From a virus, in IMG/VR virus record IMGVR_UViG_2599185261_000001, positions 2,531-66,530 of that record: a DNA stretch of 64,000 nucleotides, one strand, 5' to 3'. Below are positions 60,017-64,000 of the stretch, piece by piece. The first letter of the stretch is position 1. Each line of letters begins with the position of its first letter. The notes under the pieces are model-generated. The model was given only the letters and a program-made list of their open reading frames with translations. It did not search any database and was not told the DNA's origin. Position numbers and translations under genes: made by a program.

Positions 60017-60432
60017 TATGGATACTCTTTGCGAGATAATTCAAAATGAGGGCCATCATAAAACCGCTCATCATCTGAACGACCATTCTCGTTCCAATCT
60101 CCGCCCCATCGGATATGAATCCCTAATTCATTGGCAGCTTCAAACATTGCATCTGAAATAGCTTTGAATTTTGAAGTATCATTCCATGGGATCGTTCCTT
60201 GTACCCATGGGGCACAATCAACTGCGTGACCGGTGATATGCCGAGAATTCATAGTCTGACTAGCACCTTTGGCTACTAAATCTTGTTGCCTTGCTTTTGT
60301 CCTTAAACCTTCAATAACACGAAAATCAACAGTGCTTTTATGAAGTGCTAAAGTAACAACTTTTACCAAATCTGGGTGAATGCCTTTCAAGTTTTTAAGG
60401 CTTACTTCTGAAAATTTAAAATGACTAGCCAT
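60016..60432 (-). CDS. Endolysin, M15-family (L-Ala-D-Glu) peptidase
   Basis: EGLRT..RQ..LV..G.S.T.NSRH.TG.AVD, WGGDW, DGPHFEL. Confidence 0.92.
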   Translation of the reverse strand: MASHFKFSEVSLKNLKGIHPDLVKVVTLALHKSTVDFRVIEGLRTKARQQDLVAKGASQTMNSRHITGHAVDCAPWVQGTIPWNDTSKFKAISDAMFEAANELGIHIRWGGDWNENGRSDDERFYDGPHFELSRKEYP

Positions 60433-60487
60433 AGTTACTACTCCATGTATAATTAACAATCTATTTAACTAAATTAAGGGGATTTAA

Positions 60488-60703
60488 ATGTCTACATACA
60501 AAAAAATTGCTGAATTCGTTAAAGATAAGCACCATGTAACAGTCAAAAGTTGTCACATAGCACACTGTAAAGAGCTTTTTGGGTTACCTAGAAAGAACTC
60601 ACATAATCGAAGAGACCCAAGCAAACGAGTTTATGAGTGCCCTGAAAAATTTAAACCCTTCATAAAAGAGGCATTCATTAATTTTGGGTTGCTTAAAAAA
60701 TAA
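60488..60703 (+). CDS. Small basic protein inserted antisense between holin and endolysin
   Basis: AAGGGG RBS; TYKKI..FVK......VKSC.IAH.KE..GL...CP......I.EAF..FG. Confidence 0.7.
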   Translation: MSTYKKIAEFVKDKHHVTVKSCHIAHCKELFGLPRKNSHNRRDPSKRVYECPEKFKPFIKEAFINFGLLKK

Positions 60704-60735
60704 AAAACCAGTTGGGTGGTTGGGGTTATTTACTG

Positions 60736-61062
60736 TTACTTTTTTAAAAAGGTAGATGTCATTGCTTTTAAGGCTTTATAAACATTACCTCTTTCAATAA
60801 CAATGAATATAAGTAATGTGGCATTTAGACCTAACTCACCTAAATCAATATTACCGTCATAAGTAAGGGTAATGATTCTAAAGCTAATAAAGCCCATCCA
60901 AAACATCATTAGTGAAGCCAATAAAGACTTTGCGTAGTTTGGCTTATTTTCAACAGGCCTATGAAAAGCAAACATCATTAGAAAATTGATTAAACATATA
61001 ACTAAATTTGATAATGTCATCCAATTGTAAGTTGTTATTAGCTCGTGGATATAATTACTCAT
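60736..61062 (-). CDS. Holin-like membrane protein
   Basis: Three TM segments, ends RGNV...; GGAGG RBS; in the lysis cassette. Confidence 0.75.
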   Translation of the reverse strand: MSNYIHELITTYNWMTLSNLVICLINFLMMFAFHRPVENKPNYAKSLLASLMMFWMGFISFRIITLTYDGNIDLGELGLNATLLIFIVIERGNVYKALKAMTSTFLKK

Positions 61063-61456
61063 CATCCACCTCCTTGCCTTTTCTGATGTCTTGAACGTCT
61101 TTTGCCACTCCTTTAATACCACGCCTTTGAATATACCCATAAACTGCTACAACAGAGGAAGATAACACCAATGCGATAAAGAAACCGATTGCATGATTAT
61201 CATCTCGGATATAACCACGATTAATCATCCATACTTGAACACCTGGTGTCATAAAGAAACCAATGCCAAATGAAATGATAGCCAGTGGTAATTTAAGTAA
61301 TAGCTTGTAGTGTTGATTTAAAAAGGTAAACAACAATGCACCGGCTAGAGACCCTGCAAACACGAGAGTGTTATAATCGTAGAATGATGAGGATATTGCT
61401 GCGGTAGTCGTTGCACCCGCGACAGTTACTACTGCGGTGCTGAGATTAGGTTCCAT
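61055..61456 (-). CDS. Putative holin / antiholin
   Basis: MEP start, GS.AGALLF, several TMs, basic C-terminus; first gene after Q. Confidence 0.75.
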   Translation of the reverse strand: MEPNLSTAVVTVAGATTTAAISSSFYDYNTLVFAGSLAGALLFTFLNQHYKLLLKLPLAIISFGIGFFMTPGVQVWMINRGYIRDDNHAIGFFIALVLSSSVVAVYGYIQRRGIKGVAKDVQDIRKGKEVDDE

Positions 61457-61569
61457 TTTCAGTCACCTCATTCAAAAACAGATTAAACATATGCTCTCCT
61501 TGCACTGATGAAAATAAAAAGCCCCAGTTCTTAGGCTGAGGCTTGGTGTGTTTATTTGATTTTTAGGCA

Positions 61570-61645
61570 CAAAAAAACCTCGATTTTTAGGTCGAGGTTT
61601 ATTGCTTAGTGCTAACAGATATAAAAATCCCACTATGGGTGTCAA
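61570..61645 (-). promoter_or_regulatory. Probable late promoter (pR'-like) and terminator
   Basis: Minus-strand TTGACA at 61645-61640 just after Q, with a weak -10; then hairpin AAAACCTCGA/TCGAGGTTTT (~61574-61600). Confidence 0.4.
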
Positions 61646-61682
61646 TTTATAACAGTTTTATGCAATTTGCAATACTTATTTT

Positions 61683-62378
61683 TTACTTAGTTACTTTTTT
61701 TATCGTGCTATTTGCAAAATTTTCCTCTATCTCACACTTTATAACTAAATGGTCTAATAATGGCTTAAACCTTCTAGACCATGTTGATTGTGTTAATTCA
61801 GTTACTATCGATGAAACAGCCCTATAAGCAACACTAGAGGGTATTTTAAAGAAGCCTTTCCCATTACAACGACTACAAATTTTTTCAGTCAAAACGCCTG
61901 TTTTATTAGTTCTCACTTGATCAATCACTTTACCTGAGCCATGACACTGGCAACGATTCTTAACTAAGCCAGTCCCTTTGCAATGTTTGCAACCAATTCC
62001 ATTTATCTTTTTAGCGCCCTTACACACAGGACACTCTTTATCAGCATCTGGCGAATTAACGTATTCAGCGTAAGCAGCTTGAGCTAAAATCTTAACCACC
62101 ATACCCAGTTGACGACCGCTAACTGATTTACCCAGATACTTTGGCGCTTGAGTCAATGCATATCTAGTTAATTCAGCAATTGCGATCTCTTTTGCTTCTT
62201 GGCTTAAATCTACTTTTGCAAAGAATAAAGCCATACCAAATTGAGATTTAGCTGTGGCCATTCCTAGTGCGCCCATAATGTCGGTAGCTGTTAGTCTATC
62301 ATCAGCAGTACACGGTGATTCCGTTGTGATACTTAATGATTTTGGACTGAAATATTTAACTGCTGATTCTAGATTCAT
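61683..62378 (-). CDS. Q: Late-gene antiterminator Q
   Basis: LESAVKYFSPKS, LT.TD.M.ALGM, CxxCxG zinc motifs, W.R.FKP. Confidence 0.9.
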   Translation of the reverse strand: MNLESAVKYFSPKSLSITTESPCTADDRLTATDIMGALGMATAKSQFGMALFFAKVDLSQEAKEIAIAELTRYALTQAPKYLGKSVSGRQLGMVVKILAQAAYAEYVNSPDADKECPVCKGAKKINGIGCKHCKGTGLVKNRCQCHGSGKVIDQVRTNKTGVLTEKICSRCNGKGFFKIPSSVAYRAVSSIVTELTQSTWSRRFKPLLDHLVIKCEIEENFANSTIKKVTK

Positions 62379-62385
62379 AACTACC

Positions 62386-62979
62386 TCACTTATTTGATAA
62401 TTCTTTTAACTTGTTTTTGTACTCAACTTCAATCGCCTGCAGTTCTTCAACGGTCCATCTCTTCGATTCGTTGTTGTTTTCTATAAACTCTAGTCGCTCT
62501 AATCCTATTTTTTCAATCAGCGCGAGGCGATAAGGAGCAATATTTCCAGACTTGTACTGATTGCAGACTACACATTGCTTGTGAATATTGTCTTCGTGAA
62601 ACCTTAATTGCGGCGATGACGCTACTGTTCGATAGTGCCCTGCGTCCCACTGGACTGATTCTATCGCACCACAACTAATGCAATTTTTGTCTGCATCTCT
62701 TTCTCTGATATATCGATTAACTGCTTTTTGAGCCCTATTAGCCCAATACGAGCGAGGTTTTACTTTTAGCTTACGCTGCCTAATTTCCGCCCTTTCCACT
62801 TTTAAAACTTCATCGCGCTTGCGTTGCTCTTTCAGCCTGTTTTCATGCCTAACTTTTTCGATAGAACATTTAGGACTACATACCACTTGCAAACTGTTTC
62901 TTGGCTCAAACGTTTCTTTGCACCACCTGCAAGCTTTCGGCTTGAGCTTTCTCTTTTTGGTATTCTTCCCATGCGTCAT
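62386..62979 (-). CDS. ninG: NinG/Rap recombination endonuclease
   Basis: N.YIR.RD...CISCG, DAGHYR, LRF.E.NIH.QC..CN..SGN. Confidence 0.92.
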   Translation of the reverse strand: MTHGKNTKKRKLKPKACRWCKETFEPRNSLQVVCSPKCSIEKVRHENRLKEQRKRDEVLKVERAEIRQRKLKVKPRSYWANRAQKAVNRYIRERDADKNCISCGAIESVQWDAGHYRTVASSPQLRFHEDNIHKQCVVCNQYKSGNIAPYRLALIEKIGLERLEFIENNNESKRWTVEELQAIEVEYKNKLKELSNK

Positions 62980-63097
62980 TGATATGCTCCTTTGTGTAAA
63001 ATTCACCAGTCCAGTATATTTTTAAGCTGATTTTTTCAACAAGCTTCATGCTTATAAGTTCAAACTCAAACTCAGCGCGCAAATCTTTGGTATTCAT
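62906..63097 (-). CDS. Possible small nin-region protein
   Basis: MNTKDLRAEFE...YT...IN.AW..YQ; overlaps both neighbours. Confidence 0.4.
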   Translation of the reverse strand: MNTKDLRAEFEFELISMKLVEKISLKIYWTGEFYTKEHINDAWEEYQKEKAQAESLQVVQRNV

Positions 63098-63491
63098 CTG
63101 GTAGCACTTCTTTAAATTTGACGTTATTCTCGGTACCAAAAGCCGTCATAAGCTCAATCATGAATGTCATATCTTTAATGCTCATTGAACGAGTAGATAA
63201 CCCAACTGCAATAAATCCACGCCCCTCGATATCAGGTACCGTTTTTAATTTCTTCATTGAAGCCGTAAAAAAGTCTTTCCATTCTTCGCTAGTGAGCTTA
63301 TAACCATGCCAAACAACTTGCTCGCTAATATCTTTCAGCATCGCCCAAAGTTTCGAATTTTGTTCTAAAGTTCGTTTACTCTCTTTGATTTCAATCATTA
63401 GAGGTTTATCGTCTCTAGTCTCTAATGAACGAATGAAATCAATAGCATTTTGTTTAATTTGGTTATTACGAAGAAAGAAAGACTGTTTCAT
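63072..63491 (-). CDS. ninB: NinB/Orf recombination protein
   Basis: RTLEQN.KLWAML.DIS.QV.W.G..L..EEWK, G.STR.M. Confidence 0.92.
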   Translation of the reverse strand: MKQSFFLRNNQIKQNAIDFIRSLETRDDKPLMIEIKESKRTLEQNSKLWAMLKDISEQVVWHGYKLTSEEWKDFFTASMKKLKTVPDIEGRGFIAVGLSTRSMSIKDMTFMIELMTAFGTENNVKFKEVLPDEYQRFAR

Positions 63492-63495
63492 TGGA

Positions 63496-64000
63496 TCACT
63501 CCATTGTTTTAACTAAATCTGCAATCAAATCATTCAATTCGGCAGTGTAGAGGATTAAATCCGCATCAAACCGTTGAGCGTAGTCATCGCATTTATCATC
63601 AGCTCTTTGATCTAATACAAATTCACTGAACTTGATATTTTTTACTTTGAAATCCTCATCAAGCACAAAATTAATTTTTTCTCGCCAATTAAGACCGATT
63701 TGCTTAACTTCCCCTGAACAGGCCAACTCAACCATTTCATCATTAAGGTCGCTATCTTTAAAAGTGGCAGTGGCATTATCTTCATCAACGATTTTCAACT
63801 TTCCATCGAATTCTAAATAGTGAGGAAATTCATTAGTAACCCAATTTGTAATCGTTCTTGATACTGGTGTTTCAAACATACCAAACGGTACCACCGGCAA
63901 AGACCCTAGCACTCTTCTAAGCAATCCAAGTACTAACTCGGCTTGTTTAGCGCTTGATGTATCGACACTGATTCTCTCATTCTCATGATCAACCCAGATT
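63496..64000 (-). CDS. rdgC: Recombination-associated protein RdgC (5' part outside the window)
   Basis: LLRR.LGSLPVVP, V.QIGLNW..KI.FVL......K.IKF, RFDAD..L...EL. Confidence 0.9.
   Translation of the reverse strand, partial: IWVDHENERISVDTSSAKQAELVLGLLRRVLGSLPVVPFGMFETPVSRTITNWVTNEFPHYLEFDGKLKIVDEDNATATFKDSDLNDEMVELACSGEVKQIGLNWREKINFVLDEDFKVKNIKFSEFVLDQRADDKCDDYAQRFDADLILYTAELNDLIADLVKTME

Larger units (their letters stand above)
20780..64000 (-). mobile_element. Lambdoid siphovirus prophage (late half; continues beyond the window)
   Basis: Syntenic rdgC-ninB-ninG-Q-lysis-terminase-portal-head-tail-TMP-M-L-K-I-J-fibre on the minus strand. Confidence 0.95.

Overview
AT-rich bacterial chromosomal window, probably gammaproteobacterial, with three parts. 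(1) 1-13.3 kb: a minus-strand two-partner-secretion/contact-dependent-inhibition locus. It has cdiB, a VENN-type cdiA split by a 1-nt frameshift near its 5' end, a membrane immunity candidate, and a decaying tail of orphan toxin/immunity modules. (2) 13.3-20.8 kb: host genes (secreted protein, Sel1-repeat protein, alkaline phosphatase), a group II intron RT relic, and a collapsed P4-type island (integrase relic, antirepressor with a premature stop, dead hicA, intact hicB). (3) From a tRNA-3'-end att-like site at ~20.77 kb to the window end: the late half of a lambdoid siphovirus prophage (rdgC, ninB, ninG, Q, lysis, ParB-methylase, terminase, portal, head, tail, J, fibre), heavily loaded with morons. 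The most notable moron is a self-contained retron operon between the tape-measure and tail M genes: promoter, structured RNA, an unannotated 48-aa ORF, HTH, RT. Its hairpins fold best on the cDNA strand. Other notable items: two divergent copies of a 'helical protein + HEPN' cassette, a frameshifted DUF2971-like gene, a host-like Sel1 gene, a promoter-driven ~110-nt structured RNA beside the methylase, and DNA inverted repeats inside all three antirepressor genes. All assignments come from reading motifs by eye; no database searches were run.
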